A stretch of DNA of 64,000 nucleotides from Camelus dromedarius (GCF_036321535.1 NC_087437.1:73968001-74032000), one strand, 5' to 3'; positions 36,855-50,614 are shown, counted from the stretch's first letter. Notes: generated by a model not told the origin, from the letters alone. Program-made: numbers and translations.

Positions 36855-38644
36855 CAAATACTACATCACAATAGGCTGTTCATTACTCTCCCATTTGTTT
36901 TATATTTCTGTAAAATATACTTGTATGTATTAACACATATATTCCTTCACCACAGCATATATATCTTCTATCAATGTCTGGTTTTGATCTGAACACCGCA
37001 GGAACTTTATACCATACAATTATCTCTGAATTTCAGAAATCTAAAAAGGCTAATGTTCCATACCACCTCTCACAGGTCATCTTTCAACCAAGTGAATTTC
37101 TCTTCCCTGGGCTTCTGTTTAGCATACACGTGGGAACCAAATGGAAATGCCTATTGGAAATTCACCTGGAGTTTGGTTACTATTTATTGAAAAAGTTGTG
37201 TTAAGGTTGATTTCAAAGTAGAAGGAGGTTTCTTTTTCCTCTTTTTAAAGTACTTTCCTCCTCCATTTGGGTCCTTTTCTTGCACTCAATCCCTAGGAAC
37301 AATACTTATTCTAAGAAGTCTAGATTCACAGGTTGGTAAGCCCTGAGAAATCCTTTCCCTTGATAAATTAACAGCTTTCATGATCAAAAAGAGTTGTCAC
37401 AAATTTATTTTCAGATCTAGAGCATCGAGTAGGTGGACGTTTTTTGAAAGGGAGTCTCCCATGTACCTCATGTCAAAGTAGTTAGGTTTAATTGCTTGAA
37501 AATTCAGTCCTATCTATGTATCAAAGTATAGATATCAAGGTATCAAGGTTCAGATTAACTGAAGTCAAACTTTGAAAGACTGTTAATGGTTACTTGCACC
37601 AGTCTTTCAATAATACAGACAGGGAACTTAAATTGAAGTTATTGGTTCAAAGTCACAAAAGTGAAAGAGATGAGACTAGAATTTAAGTATCTATTACCCT
37701 GAAAAATCTTTCCATGACCTCAAAATTTCCAAGTTTTTATCTGGTACTATCACATCTTCTACCTTTCTCTCATTATGTTTTTAGAATGATTGAAAGAACA
37801 TTTATGCTATTCCTTCTGAAGTTATGCCTCTTTGGGAATTCATTACATTATTTGTTCCCAAATGACTCCTCCATATATACATGATTGTATTAGGGATGGG
37901 ACTTACCATTTCCTGTGGCACAAAATAACATTCTATGTTGAATCTTATCTACTCAGAAAGCCTGGAATCTGTGGTACAGAAGGAAGACAATTGAGCTCCA
38001 AAAACTATCAGAATGGCATTTACACAATCATTCATGTCATCCAATTTATCAGCACAAGCATGGAAAATTGGAAGCTACATAAAAGACAGAAACATGGCTT
38101 GTGAAGGTGATTTTGAAGACTGGACTGAGGTGATGAATAGAGCTTGTGACCAGGTGCTCCATGTGAGAGAGTGAACACAGTAAAAGGGAAAGTCATTTCA
38201 TTCCACAGGAGTTGCCAGTCTGGATTAGATTACTGATCCATAAATTTTGGATACCTTCCCATAGCAACAGAGACTTATTCCAAGAGCTTACCAAGAAATC
38301 AGAACACTTTATCGGATTCTAAGCCAAATGAACTATGCAAAGGAAAGTCATTGCAAGTGACTTGAGAGGAGATCAGTTAGATGAGAAACAGAAAATCTGA
38401 AACAATAAACACTAATATTTTTGAACAATAAGTGATATGACTACCTTTGAATATGTGCATTACATATAGTCTACATTAATAATCATTAATTTCATTAAAA
38501 TGTATGGCTGTAAGAAAAGATCTTGAAGCTGTTGTGGCTATAATAAACATAGGTATCTTTTAAGGAAAGCGACTTTAAAAATATTTTTGCACATATTTTA
38601 TGATGGCATGTAAATTGATAATTGGATGTAAATCAGTCAGTCTG

Positions 38645-38694
<50 letters not shown>
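38645..38694. repeat. (TCTA)n tetranucleotide STR
   Basis: about 12 perfect units. Confidence 0.97.
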
Positions 38695-38864
38695 CCAACA
38701 GACTGAGGTAGGGATCAGCACCAGAGCTAGACGAACTCAGTAAGATTATACAAAAGATAGACTGGTCATGTCACGGACACAATAGTTCATCTAGTAGAAC
38801 ATATTGGATGATGGCCAACAGATTTAATCACTAAACACACACACAGACAAACAAATACAGGTGA

Positions 38865-39620
38865 TTTATGATCAGGTTTCAATTTCATTGTTTTCCACAG
38901 AACTATTTAGTTGGAGTAATACTGTTTATTGAAACCTCCATCTTTTCCCCCCAAATTTGAGGTCCAATCTAAATCAAATATTAAAGGTCCACATGCAAAT
39001 GGGCTTTTTTCTGCTCTATTAATTTACCTTTCAATTCATGAACCAGTGCAACTCTGTTTTATTTGGAGCAGTTTTATAATATGTTCTAATATCTCTGCAG
39101 AGACAACCACCGCTCACTCCCCACGGCCTCACATACTATTGCTTTTATTTTTCAGTTTTTTTGTTTTTTCCTGGCTATTCATGCTAGTTTGTTTTTCCAA
39201 GAAAACTTTACAACCAATTTATTAGGTTTAGGGAGGCAAAAGGGAAGGGAGAAACTGATGGTGTTTATACTGCAATTGCTTTAATTTTGCAGTTTATCAT
39301 ATGGATATTGGTATCTTTATAACACTGAGATTCCTTAATCAAGAATGCAATATGTCATTTCCATTTATTCCAGTCAACTTTTATGTTGGAAAGTTGGAAA
39401 AACAAACTCGTATAAACAGCCAGAAAAAAACTTATATTTTGTTAAATTTCATGTATGTATTTTATATCTACTTATTTTTCTATCCATTTATTCATTGCTA
39501 TAGCAAGGCTATCTTTTCCTCCATTAAATGATCAAATTGATATTTGCATGTATATGTGAAGGTTATTAATTTTTGTATATGGGATTTTGTAATGTCATGT
39601 TTTTTAAATCTTTTTTTTTT
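38865..39620 (-). mobile_element. old L1ME-like ORF2 fragment
   Basis: ccatcttttccccc...tgggcttttttctgctctatt...atattggtatctttataacactgagattccttaatcaagaa...ttccatttattc. Confidence 0.75.
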
Positions 39621-42600
39621 AAGATTTTCTATACATTAGCATGTCTGAAATTACTTCAGAGGCCACTCATTATGACTCATCATTAAAGAGAGATGATTAG
39701 ACATATACTATCTAATGGAAATTCACACCACCATTTATGAAGTGTACATGATAAAGAAATATAAAGACTGTAGTACACGAAGCCTCTAGATCCAATTACT
39801 AACTGAAAATTAACATAGGGAATAGCAGAATATATTAAATGACAACACAGGGTTCAAAATTCTTAACTGAAGTGGACTCTCTAGTGAAGAGAACATACTT
39901 TTGCTTTGATAAAAGAGTGAAGCAACCTACAGAAACTTAACAGTTGAATATTTTAATGAAAGTGGGAAAGTAATATTTTGTATTAGACTTTATATTTTAT
40001 ATTCATTTAAATATGTATAATTTATTTCATATTAGATTTTATAATTATAATTATACTGACTCAAAAATACCTTTTATATTTTACACAATAATCAGCATAG
40101 TAAAGGAGTGTGTAAGTAACACTTTTATTTTCTCTTTAACTTTTCTCTTTAAAGGGAAAAGTCACATAACAAAAATAGTTCAGTTCAAAAGCAGGCAAAA
40201 TGAAGAGTAAAGGGGAATATAAGACAGACGAGGCAAACAGAAAACAAATCATGAGACTGCAAATCTAACCCTAAACACCATCAATAATTTCATAAAAAAT
40301 CCAACTATATGCTGCTCACAAGAGACACATCTTAAATATAAGAACATACAAAATATAAATGTAAAACACCTTAAATATAAGAACAGTTGGAATTAGAAGT
40401 ACAGAAAAAGATACAGCATACACACACTAAGCAAAATAAAACTGGTAAAGCTGTACCAAAACCAAAGTTGAGTTTAAATTCAGAAGACTAACAATAAATG
40501 TAAAGATACATTTTATGATAATAAAAGGGTCAACCCAAAAAGAAAGATATCACAATGTGCAATACATGTTCCCAATATCAGAGCTTCAAAGTACATGAAG
40601 CAAAAATGTACAGAACTAAAAGAAGAAATGGAAGATCCATGTTGCATATGAGACTTTAAAACAAACCTTTCTTCATAGCTGATGGTGTATATACAAACAA
40701 CAATATTAGAAAAGCTATAGAAGATCTAAACTAGATTAATAAAATTAACCTTGTCTTATAAAGAACGCTAAACCCAACAATGACCAAATAAACAGTTTCT
40801 TTAGCTGTACCTGCAATAGTTACCAAAATAATATGTTAAGCCCTAAAGTAAGGTCCCCAAATTTTCTAAATCTTAAAATTCAAACATTTTCTTTGACCAG
40901 ACAGGAATTACACTAGAAATCAATTTAAATTTTAAAAGAGCCTAAACAATACCCAACTTTTGAAAATGAAACAGTATTATTTTAAAATAAATCGTAATCG
41001 AAAGTTGATAGCACACAGGAAATTACTTTTAATTTGAAATGAATGTGATAATGAAAAAAATGTGAAAACCTATGGGATACAGTGAAAGATATACTTAAAG
41101 TGAAATCTATAATACCAAGTGCATAGATTGGGAAAGAAAAAAGTCTGACACTTGACCTAAAATTCCATCTCAAGGAAATAACAAAGGAACAGCAAACTAA
41201 ACCCAGAGAGGGTAAAATACAGATAATAAAAATATAAAGAACAGGTATGAATTAAATAGAAAATAGAAAACTAAATAGAAAGAAATGTGTAAGAAGAAAA
41301 CAACACCAAATCTGGGTCTTTTGACAACACTAATAAAAATTCAGATCTATTTAGACTGATCAGTAATAAATAAAAAAGAAGGAATACATTTCTAGTATCA
41401 GCAGTGAAAAAGGCAACATCAAGTAAGATATCTTAAACTTAGTAAAATATTAATAAACAGATATTGTAAACAAGTTTTATGCCAGTAAATTTGAAAATGG
41501 AGATGAAATAGGAAAATACAACTTAGCAAAACTGAATCCAATAGAAATAGAAAATCTAAATAATCTTATAAAGTAATTTGATCCTTAATTCTAGATCTTT
41601 CCACAGAGAAAACTTAAGGCTTAGATACTTCTCCTAATGTTCAAAAAAAAACCCCATATTATACAAAATGATCCAAGGAATAAAGATGGAAGGAATGCTT
41701 TCCAATCATTCTATGAAGGCAGTATAAACTTGATATTAAAAGTTCAAAAGATCTCTAAAATGTAAAGAAAAAAATCATTACTAGATAATTGGTATTACAA
41801 ATATAGAGCAAGGATTATAAATAAACTATTAGGGAACCACATCCTTTATTATAAAAAATGATTATACTCTGACCAAGTTGTGTTTATTTCAGGAATGCTA
41901 AGTTGGCTCAACACTGGAAAAGAAATGCAGTTCACCACATTACTAGAAAGAAGGATGATCATCATTGATCATGTGAATAATCCATTCATAATAAAACCAG
42001 GAGTAGAGTAATTATTTAATCTGATAAATATCTACAAAAGCCTTCAACACAATCACACTTAATATTGGATACTGAGAGCTTTCTTACTGAGATTGGGAGT
42101 AAGATCAAGATGCTAGTACTACTTTTATTCAATTCCATGCTGGACATTATAACCAATGCAATAAAGGAAGGAAAAAAAATAAAAGGTATATGGCTTTGGA
42201 GGAAAAAATTAAATTATCATTATTTGTAAAACAGAAAATTCAAAAGAGTCCACAGATAAATATTAGAATTAATAAATAAATTTAGCAAAGTTACAAGGTA
42301 CAGCGTTAATACTCAAATGTCAATTGTATTTCTATCTACCAACAGCAAATAGAAAATAAAATTTAAAAATCACATTATTTACAAAGAAATCAAATGATCA
42401 AAAATAGTACGGGGTAAACTAATGAGTGATGTTAAATTTCTTCTGAGGAGATCTCTACTGAAATAGTACAAAACATTATTAAGAATAATTCAATAATTGG
42501 AGAGATATGTTGCTGGATTAGAAGACTCATTACTGTAAAGATATCTTTTTAAAGCTGATACATAGTTTCAATAACAATCAAAAGATCAGCAATCTTTTGC

Positions 42601-42638
42601 TTTTTAATTTTTGGTGGAATTTGAAAAGTATACTCTGA

Positions 42639-42639
42639 C

Positions 42640-42678
<39 letters not shown>

Positions 42679-42686
42679 TACATATA
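42639..42686. repeat. compound (TA)n(CA)n microsatellite
   Basis: direct observation. Confidence 0.93.
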
Positions 42687-42992
42687 TGAAACCAAAGAAC
42701 CAAGCCCAAAGTAGAAAATTTCTAGAGAACTTGCAATTTTAGATATCAAGCTGCAGTAATTTAAATATTGTAGCACTGATGTGCTACATACATACAGTCA
42801 CCTAATAAATGACAATGGCACCATTACTTTGTGAAGAAGGATATCACATTCAATAGACGTCGTGGGAACAATTAAATGTTCAAATAAAAAGTTACACTTG
42901 GCCCTTATCTCTCATATTACACAGATACACATTTCGGTTAGATTGAAGACAAATGTGAAAGTTAAAAAATGAAGTTTCTAAAAAGTAACATA

Positions 42993-43358
42993 TGTCATAG
43001 TCTGCTTGGACTAGTATAACAAAATATCACAGACTGGAAAGCTTATAAGCAACAGAAATTTATTTCTCACAGTTCTGGAGGTTGAAAGTGCTGGATTAGG
43101 GCGTAAGCACAGTCAGGTTACGGTAATGGCCCTCTTCCAAGGTCACAGACTGCTGACTTTCATTGTGTCCGTGCATGGTGGAAAGGAGTAGGGAGCCCTG
43201 TGGGGTCTCCTTTACATGAGCACTAATCTCATTCATGTGAGCTCCATGCTCATGACCTATACACTTCTCAAACATCTCACCTTTTAAGAGCATCATATGG
43301 AGCATCAGGATTTGAACATACAAATTTTCGGGGGAACACAAACATTCAGACCATAGCA
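42993..43358 (-). mobile_element. MLT1A0-like solo LTR with 5-bp TSD
   Basis: tgtc...aacagaaatttatttctcacagttctggagg...aacattcagaccatagca; TSD acata at 42988-42992 and 43359-43363. Confidence 0.92.
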
Positions 43359-43709
43359 ACATACAGTTAAATACCCATGTCTTTGGTGTAGGCAAAACTT
43401 TCTTCTGCTGGGCAGAAAAATCACTAAATATATAAAGGTCAAAAATTGGTAAGATGAACTACAACAAAAATGAGAAATTCTATTTATCAAAATACACCAT
43501 AAAGAAACTCAAGTGACACATGGCGGGAGAAGATATTGTTTAAATATACAGACAAACACATAAAAGCAAAGGACTCATACATACAGTATACGATGTAGTC
43601 CTATAATTTAATAAAAGACAACCCAGTGAAAAAAATGAGAAAAGTATTGATTTAACTAGGCACTTTCAAAAAATCCATCCAACCTGCCAACTTAAAACTA
43701 TGACACATC

Positions 43710-43905
43710 TATAGATGTATAGAGATGGAATGACATGATGCCTGGGATTTGCTTCAAAATGATCCAGCGAGGTAAGGGCCAGTGGGGCTAAAAGAGAAAC
43801 GATGCAAGAGCGGTAATGAGTTGGTGACTCCTGTAGCTGTGTGATGAAGTGCAGGGTCACTGAACTAGTTTTGTGTATTAAAATTTTCCATCATAAATAT
43901 TAAAG
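43710..43905 (+). mobile_element. L1MC/ME-type 3'UTR end
   Basis: gatgcctgggatttgcttcaaaatgatcca...aaaattttccatcataaa. Confidence 0.7.
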
Positions 43906-45324
43906 AAGTAAAGAAAAACTTTAGTTAATAGAAGTCAGGACATACCTTATGAGGTTTTGAGATAATCATCTAGTACTCCATGGAAGCTTTGCTGTATCCA
44001 GGGTTAGATACCCTAGAACCCAGACTGACTATATAGTTAAAAGATGAAATCTTCTATTCCTAAACTCCCATGTAATTTTTCAATAAATTCCAATATTGAA
44101 ACTATCCGAGGCTGTCTCTTCTTTGCAACCTTAAAGACCTTCATACATTGAATAAATTCATTGAGGAGAACTGTTTACTCATTCATTTAGCAAGTGTTTA
44201 TTTAGCATTTGTATGTGGGACAAAATATGAAATATCTGCACAACATGGCTTTGTTATCTTGATTTTTTTAAACATAAAAAGAACAAGCTGTGCGCGTGTG
44301 TGTACATAGCAAGCATGTACTGACTCTTTTTGTGCTTTAATTTTTTACTCTGACTTTTGATCACTGTGAGTGTGTACAGAAGCCAAAGGAACAAATCAGT
44401 TATATTCATTCAACTAAAATAACTGAAACAAAAACCAAGTTTTTCCACTACCTATTATGTTCTCTTAAAGAGACTCTAGCATAATTAACCAAATTGCATT
44501 GTCAACAAAAAATTTTTTAAAAAGTTCTGTTTTATATTAATTGTTTCAAAGTAAGATATATGGTGATATAAAGGTAATATTTTATATAATTTTGTTTTAT
44601 TCTCTCTTATACAGATATGTAAATTATAAATTTTTATAGTCTTCCAAATGTTGCATATAATAAACACTTAGTAAATATCTTCATTAAAGAAGATATATGC
44701 TTGCATATTATTTGGAAAGAGTGTATTATTATTTTGAGTAACTTAATATTTGAGCATTTTCCAAGATCATCAAATTAACATTACGGCATTTTCCTATATT
44801 CTGTCTGTACAAAACATAAGTGAAATACTAATTATTTGTAAAACTGATATATTGCATTGATGGTGATAGAAACAGTTTCATATTTCCAAATCCATTGTTT
44901 AAAAATGTGGGTATTTCTTTGCTCATATTTACTTCCTAAAATTTGTCACAGTTTGAAACTGGAATAAATTAAAGCATAATTTCAAATTCAGTATATTCCC
45001 TATAGCAAAGTACGTATGTTTCTCTTTATTAAACTGTTTGAAAACTTGCAAGTGCCAGCTGACTGAACACTAAAGAGAACTGGAAGACAATTGAGTTGTG
45101 TGCCATTGATTAAATGTGTTTTAATTTACATCCATAATCGGATCTGAGTATTACCTAATTTTAAAAGGTCCATTTTTAGGAAGCCAGAAATTAAAATGCC
45201 CAGGAGAATAGCCCTATTTAGGTCAAATCCCAGTTCCAAACTTAATGATTTAATTTACTTGTCCTTTACCTTGTTAGATTACAGGTACAAGAAATTATGT
45301 GTTCTAATATAGTTATACGACTAT

Positions 45325-45592
45325 TGTGGTAGGCTGAAAAGAAGAAGATGGTCTCCCAAAGACGTCTACATTCTAATCCCTGGAACCTGTGACAGTGTTA
45401 TGTTACATGGATAAGGAAGTTAAGGTGAAATTAAGGTTTCTAATCAGATGACTTTAAATTGGGAGATTTTCCCCCAATTATCTGAGTGCATCCAATATAA
45501 TCACAAAGGACTTTAAAAGATGTAAGATAGAGGGAGAAAAGTCATTTCAAAGTGATGAAATGGGAAAAAACCTCAACTGAACATTGCCAGCT
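45325..45592 (+). mobile_element. MLT1D/E-like LTR 5' part
   Basis: tgtggtaggctgaa...cccaaagacgtctacattctaatccctggaacctgtg...gggagattttcc...caatataatcacaaagg. Confidence 0.85.
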
Positions 45593-45724
45593 ATGTGTAG
45601 ATAAGGAAAGTCTGGATTTTGTTTCTGCTTATTGTACTCTTGACTGTCTGGTTATTCAAAATAAAGAATCTGTTAGTTCAGTTGCATATACACATATTGT
45701 CAGAGAGTGCAAGAAAAATTTCCA

Positions 45725-46088
45725 GAAAGGGACTGAACTGTGCCCCACCCCTACCCCCCAAATTCATATGTTGAAGCGCTAACCTTCAATATGACAGTAT
45801 TTGCTGTAAGGAAGTAATTAACATTAAATAAGGTCATAGGGATGGGGCCCTGATAGAATTAGTGTCCTAGGAAGAGAGAGCAGAAAGCTCACTCTGCCTC
45901 TGTGAAGAAAGGACACAGTGAAAAGGAGTTTGTTTGCAAATCAGGAAGATAGTCCTCACCAGAACCCAACAATGCTGGAACGCAGGTGTCAGACTTCTAG
46001 CCTCCAGAACTGAGAGTAAATAAATTTCTGTTGTTTAAACCACCTAGTTTATGACATTTTGTTATAGCAGCCCTGGTAGACTAATACA
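45725..46088 (+). mobile_element. MLT1A1/MLT1B-like solo LTR
   Basis: ggactgaactgtgcccc...aaattcatatgttgaag...gacttctagcctccagaactg...ttgttatagcagccctggtagactaataca. Confidence 0.9.
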
Positions 46089-46859
46089 GGAACATATTGA
46101 CTTGGGTGAGCACAAATTCAGATTTTTTAGTTCAAAGATCTTAAGGATTTGCCTTCTTGAATTTCAGAGTAGTGATACCTGTGGTTCTCATATTCCTTGA
46201 AGTTGTGATTTTGCCTCAGGCTTAGTGTCTTCCAGCTCCAGCTCATGTATTGTGGGTCAGTCCTCCCCGCCCCAAGATTGTTATGATGTCCTTCATAATG
46301 TCAGCCCTGACTTTCACACTCTCATCCACACTCTGCTTCCTTGACGCTCTCCTTGAAGTTGCTTCAAGTCTTGAGCTCACATGGTACTTTCCTTTTGTTT
46401 CCTTTGAGAGGTATCTATCACTGGCATGTCTTAGTTGAGTCCAAAACTACTCATGAGAACACAAAATAAATGCAAAAGAGTTTAGAGTAGAATAAATTAA
46501 AATGATTGCATCCCATGCTCTGGGGTGTGGCACTGTAAGTGGCTGAAGGCGTAGTCAGGATGCACAGTGCACACCGGCTGTGGCTGGAGATAGAGACAGA
46601 GATAGAGATACAGAGGTACAGAGGTAGATATGTAGAGAGAAAAGAGCGAGAAATTGATTTATCTTTTTTAAACATTTCAATGATACATACAATAATAAAT
46701 TACTCCATATGAAAGTTTGTTAACTAAAGTGAGTACAGAACATTAAAATCTGATTTTTTAAAATTTCATTAGTACTTCTTTTTATTTCAAGAAACTACAT
46801 CTGTTAAGAACTGTCTTTGCCTAAGAGTCTATGAAAAGGAAGAAAATTACTGCATGCTT

Positions 46860-47230
46860 TTATGACTCAAGGTTTATTTTTCCCTAATTCTATCGGTCCC
46901 TTTTTACAGTTGTGGCTGGTTAATTAGCAGCCATAATAAAGAAGCGCAGTGTGTGGTATGTGGTGGGAACCTCAACACGAACCCGGCGGATACGGGGTAC
47001 TTGTTCTTCCTCCGGGCACTCCCGGAGGTGTAGGGAATGCCAGCTCCTTGTCCACAGGCGGCAAATACTGCTGAGGCCCAACGGACTGCCCTTTTTGTTT
47101 TGTGCACTATATGCCATAGTTTGTCTCCTGGCTCTAGTTTTAAACGTCACAGACCAACACCTCTGTGTCATTTCTCTACTACGTAACAGCAGTAGTGAGA
47201 GAAGGAAGGGGACTTCGCATTGCATAAAGG
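46860..47230. promoter_or_regulatory. candidate enhancer (CpG-retaining, motif-dense)
   Basis: AP-1 tgactca 46863; TAATTA 46921; RUNX tgtggt at 46952 and 46959; gtgggaa 46963; TEAD ggaatg 47034; about 12 CpG in 280 bp within AT-rich flanks. Confidence 0.45.
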
Positions 47231-47885
47231 CAAGGAAGAAAATCTTTGAAGGGGACCAAGGGACAAAACTTTGTCCTTTACTGGCAGGTAGAAAAAAAGA
47301 TGACTATGGGTATTAAGATCTCTGAATGTTTTTTATTATCATGATGTTGTTAATTACAATGTCAAAGATTTTACTAAAGGATAGGCAGGCTCCAGTGGCC
47401 CTTTGCTAAGATTATTCAGCCACACATAGAAATCAAGTTAGAAATGTGATATCCTTACATCTGCAGACTGTTCCTGTGTGTGATGAGTGTTTAGAATTCA
47501 ATCACCATCTAAGGAGTCGCTCCTGTGTAATGACTGGAGGTGTCTTTTGGGAGGAAAATGGAGTAAAATGAATGGCATAGGGGTGACAGGCTGTTGCACC
47601 CTTTTTTTCCCATCCTAAAATGCTTCACATTTTCATACTCAGATACACTGACTTCCACCAAAAAAGACTGAAGAAAGATATGGCTTTATATTATCCAATC
47701 AGGGCTACTGTCTTTTATTTATAGTTATCTCAACAAGTTAGAAAAAGCAGCAATTAAGACAACTTATAGTTTCATTACTCAACTGTCATATAATTGTTCA
47801 GGTTCAATAACCAGGATCTCTGATTTGTGGATGTCTGGGAGATGCTGGAGGCTGGGCAGGCAACAACTATGACTGCAATATCAAA

Positions 47886-47887
<2 letters not shown>

Positions 47888-47925
<38 letters not shown>
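47888..47925. repeat. (CA)n microsatellite
   Basis: direct observation. Confidence 0.95.
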
Positions 47926-47929
<4 letters not shown>

Positions 47930-48889
47930 AGTGCACTTCAATTTTAGTTGCTTCTAAAACTTCGTCTTCCCTAACAGAGTCAGTATTAGTGTTTTGTTTC
48001 CCAATTGCAATAAAGCAGAATAAAGAATAAAAAATGGATTAGTCCTGGCCAAAATAAAGAATAGAAGATTTAAAAAAAAAACAAACAAACATAGAAGGAG
48101 AGATACTGTTTATACTCAGCGAGCATCAGAGGAAGTAGAAAGGTGTCTGTTAGTGCATGCCCTAATTTCTTGCCGTCTATAGACTAGAGGATGACTTTAC
48201 CATGCATATCTTTACCAGTCTGATGATGTTTCTGTTTGCTTTGTGTTTTTTTTTTCAGAGTAAAATACATTTTCATTCGACATGGTGTAATACTTAATTG
48301 TTTTTTAAAATTCTTTTTATACTTCATATCTCAAGACTTTATTGGGCTTTTGGTAATTGTCTCTATGTGTATGAGTATATCAAACTTCATAGCTTACTTC
48401 TCTACAGATGCTTATTTGCTGACGCTATCTATCAACACAGAACATAAAAATATACTTGAATAATAACAAAAGATTCTCAAGGATGAGGCACTGAAATGTA
48501 TGCTTACTTTATGTCATAAAAATGTCTCCTAGATGGTCTCCCAGAGTCTATTTAATTCTATTTCACATGTAGCCTTAATAAGTTCAATTACGTGGTGGAA
48601 AAACTTACAGATACAATAACCAGTAAATCGGAATGAGAAGGCTTCTAGAGGAAGACAAAGTGCTAGTATAAAAAGTAATAAGTGAGAGTCTCAAAGTGAG
48701 AACAAAGGTTGAAATTTATGAACACTGAACACAGGATATTAAAAATATTTATTTCTGGGGTTGTTTAATATAGAGAGCATACTTATCAGCTACTTAGGTT
48801 GTTCTTTCATTCAATAAATATTTCTTTATATCCACAAGGAGAAAAATAAGTGTGAACACCTGTAGGAATAGACAGAATAAACAGTGACA

Positions 48890-49110
48890 CTGATACTGAG
48901 CTCACACTGTGCCAGATACACACTAAGCTTTCCTCTTGAATTAACTTATTTACTCCTCAAGGTAAAAAGTGAGTATTATCATCATATCCATTTTACAGAT
49001 AAGAAAACAAAAATCTAGAAAGATTAAGTAACTTGTCCAAGGCCACATACCCAGCAACAACTAGAGCTCAGTTTGAACTGGTTCCAGAACCTATATTCAT
49101 AGACACTGCA
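48890..49110 (-). mobile_element. MIR
   Basis: tactgagctcacactgtgccaga...ccattttacagataagaaaac...gattaagtaacttgtccaaggccaca. Confidence 0.85.
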
Positions 49111-49199
49111 CAGAATTTGCCTCTGAAAAGCCAACTGACCATCAAAATAAAGTGCTTTGGGCTGTAAAAATAATTTCAAAATAGGAACTTGAGTCATAC

Positions 49200-50453
49200 T
49201 GCTATTTGTCTTCTAAGATTGGTTCCCTCCTTCTTATAATAACTTTACTAGAAGGGCACATGCAACCCTGCTTGAGACTACATTTCCTAGTTGTTTTTGT
49301 AGTGAGATGACTTCCCAGTAGAATGTGAGCTGTCATGATATATGTTACTTCCATTTCACAAGATGAAAAGCAATCTTATCTCCTATATCCTCTCTTGCCC
49401 TTTCCTGTCAGCTGTTAAGGTTTGGTAGTGGCAACCCAGCTTCAACTATGTAGCCAAGAGCAACCGGAGAAGTAAGACAGAAGTAATTGGGGTACCTGAA
49501 TAACTTCATGGAACAGACAGACCATTTGCAGCTGCACTACAATAAGAAATGTATTTGGTCTTTGTCCTTGGTTTCTGGCGTAGAGCGTCTAAAACCCATG
49601 GAATTTGCTGAGTGATGAGTGAAGTGGTAAGAGTGTCTTTTGTTCCAGTGAGGTGACTCCTGGCAGGCCCCTAGATAGCTTAGGATGGGGGATGGTCACC
49701 AGAAAGACCAAGCCTTAATTAGAAGCTTAGAACGTTCGGTCCCACTCCTCAGCCTCCAGGGAAGGGATAGGGGCTGGAGATTGAATTAATAACCAGTGGC
49801 CAATGATTTAATCAACCGTGCCTAGTTAATGGAACCTTCACAAAATCCTTAAATTGTGGGGTTCAGGGTGCTGCCTGGTTTGAAAACATACCCATGTGCC
49901 AGAAGGGCAGCACATCACAAGTCGGTGGGAACAGTGGTTCCTGTACTCAGGACCCTTATGGACCTCACCCTATGTACTTCTTCATCTGGATATTCATTTG
50001 TAGCCTTTATAATAAACCATAGTAGTAAGTATAGCCTTTTTCAGTTTTGTGAGGAACTCCAGCAAATTATCGAACCTGTGGGAGAGGTTTCGGGAATCCC
50101 CAAATTTGTAGCTATGTCAAACAGAAATGGGGGTAACCTGGGACCTGATACTTGAGCCTGGCCTCTGAAGTGAGGGTAGTCTTGTAGGACTGAGCCCTTC
50201 ATCTATGGGGTCTGATACTAACTCCAGTTAGTTAGTGTCAGAACTGAATCAGACTGTAGGTCACCTGGTTGGTGTCAGATAATTGGAAAACTGGTTGCTG
50301 TGGGGGGAAAAAAGAAAAAAACAAAAACCTAACAGCTTACGAGGCCAATCATCTCTAGACTTGTTATGTGAGAGAGCAAGAAAGTTTAATTTTACTTTAT
50401 CTATATTCTAGGTGCCTTTCTTACAGCATGTTAATCTGTTTCCTATCTAATAC
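49200..50453 (+). mobile_element. ancient ERVL/MaLR LTR (LTR33/MLT1I-like) split by MER21
   Basis: agactacatttcctag...cagtagaatgtgagc (49200-49532) resumes as ctctagacttgttatgtgagagag...cctatctaataca (~50345-50453). Confidence 0.6.
49533..50330 (+). mobile_element. MER21-family LTR
   Basis: aagaaatgtatttggtctttgtcc...ggtcaccagaaagaccaag...ggggctggagattgaattaat...ggccaatgatttaatcaacc...ggactgagccctt. Confidence 0.88.
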
Positions 50454-50614
50454 AGAACTAAGCATGTGTTGGCCAATGATGGTATCGCTGAAATAACTGT
50501 GATCTATCTTGGAGAGAACTGTTTTCATGGAAAGTGACATGATGCAATGGAAATTATCTGGAAAAACAGCACAGAGATCTAGGACTTAGTTCCAGATTTA
50601 TTATGTTCTCCCTT

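Larger units (their letters stand above)
40190..43665 (+). mobile_element. decayed L1M ORF2, interrupted by MLT1A0
   Basis: ccaactatatgctgctcacaagagacacat; ctatgggatacagtgaaag; ttctatgaaggcagtata; gtttatttcaggaatgc; tcaattgtatttctat. Confidence 0.88.

Noticed and set aside
36558..36992. Resemblance of LLEDHIYYFPEV to mononegavirus L polymerase (endogenous viral element)
   Set aside because: The flanking conserved motifs (KERE upstream, D..KWN downstream) are absent in the frames I read; a short match from memory is insufficient
37786..38210. Short resemblances (LHYLFP; CDQVL…KGKSFH) to RNase A-like EDDM3 proteins
   Set aside because: Based on memory only; the spacing between the motifs is far too long and the frames differ; needs a translated search before any claim
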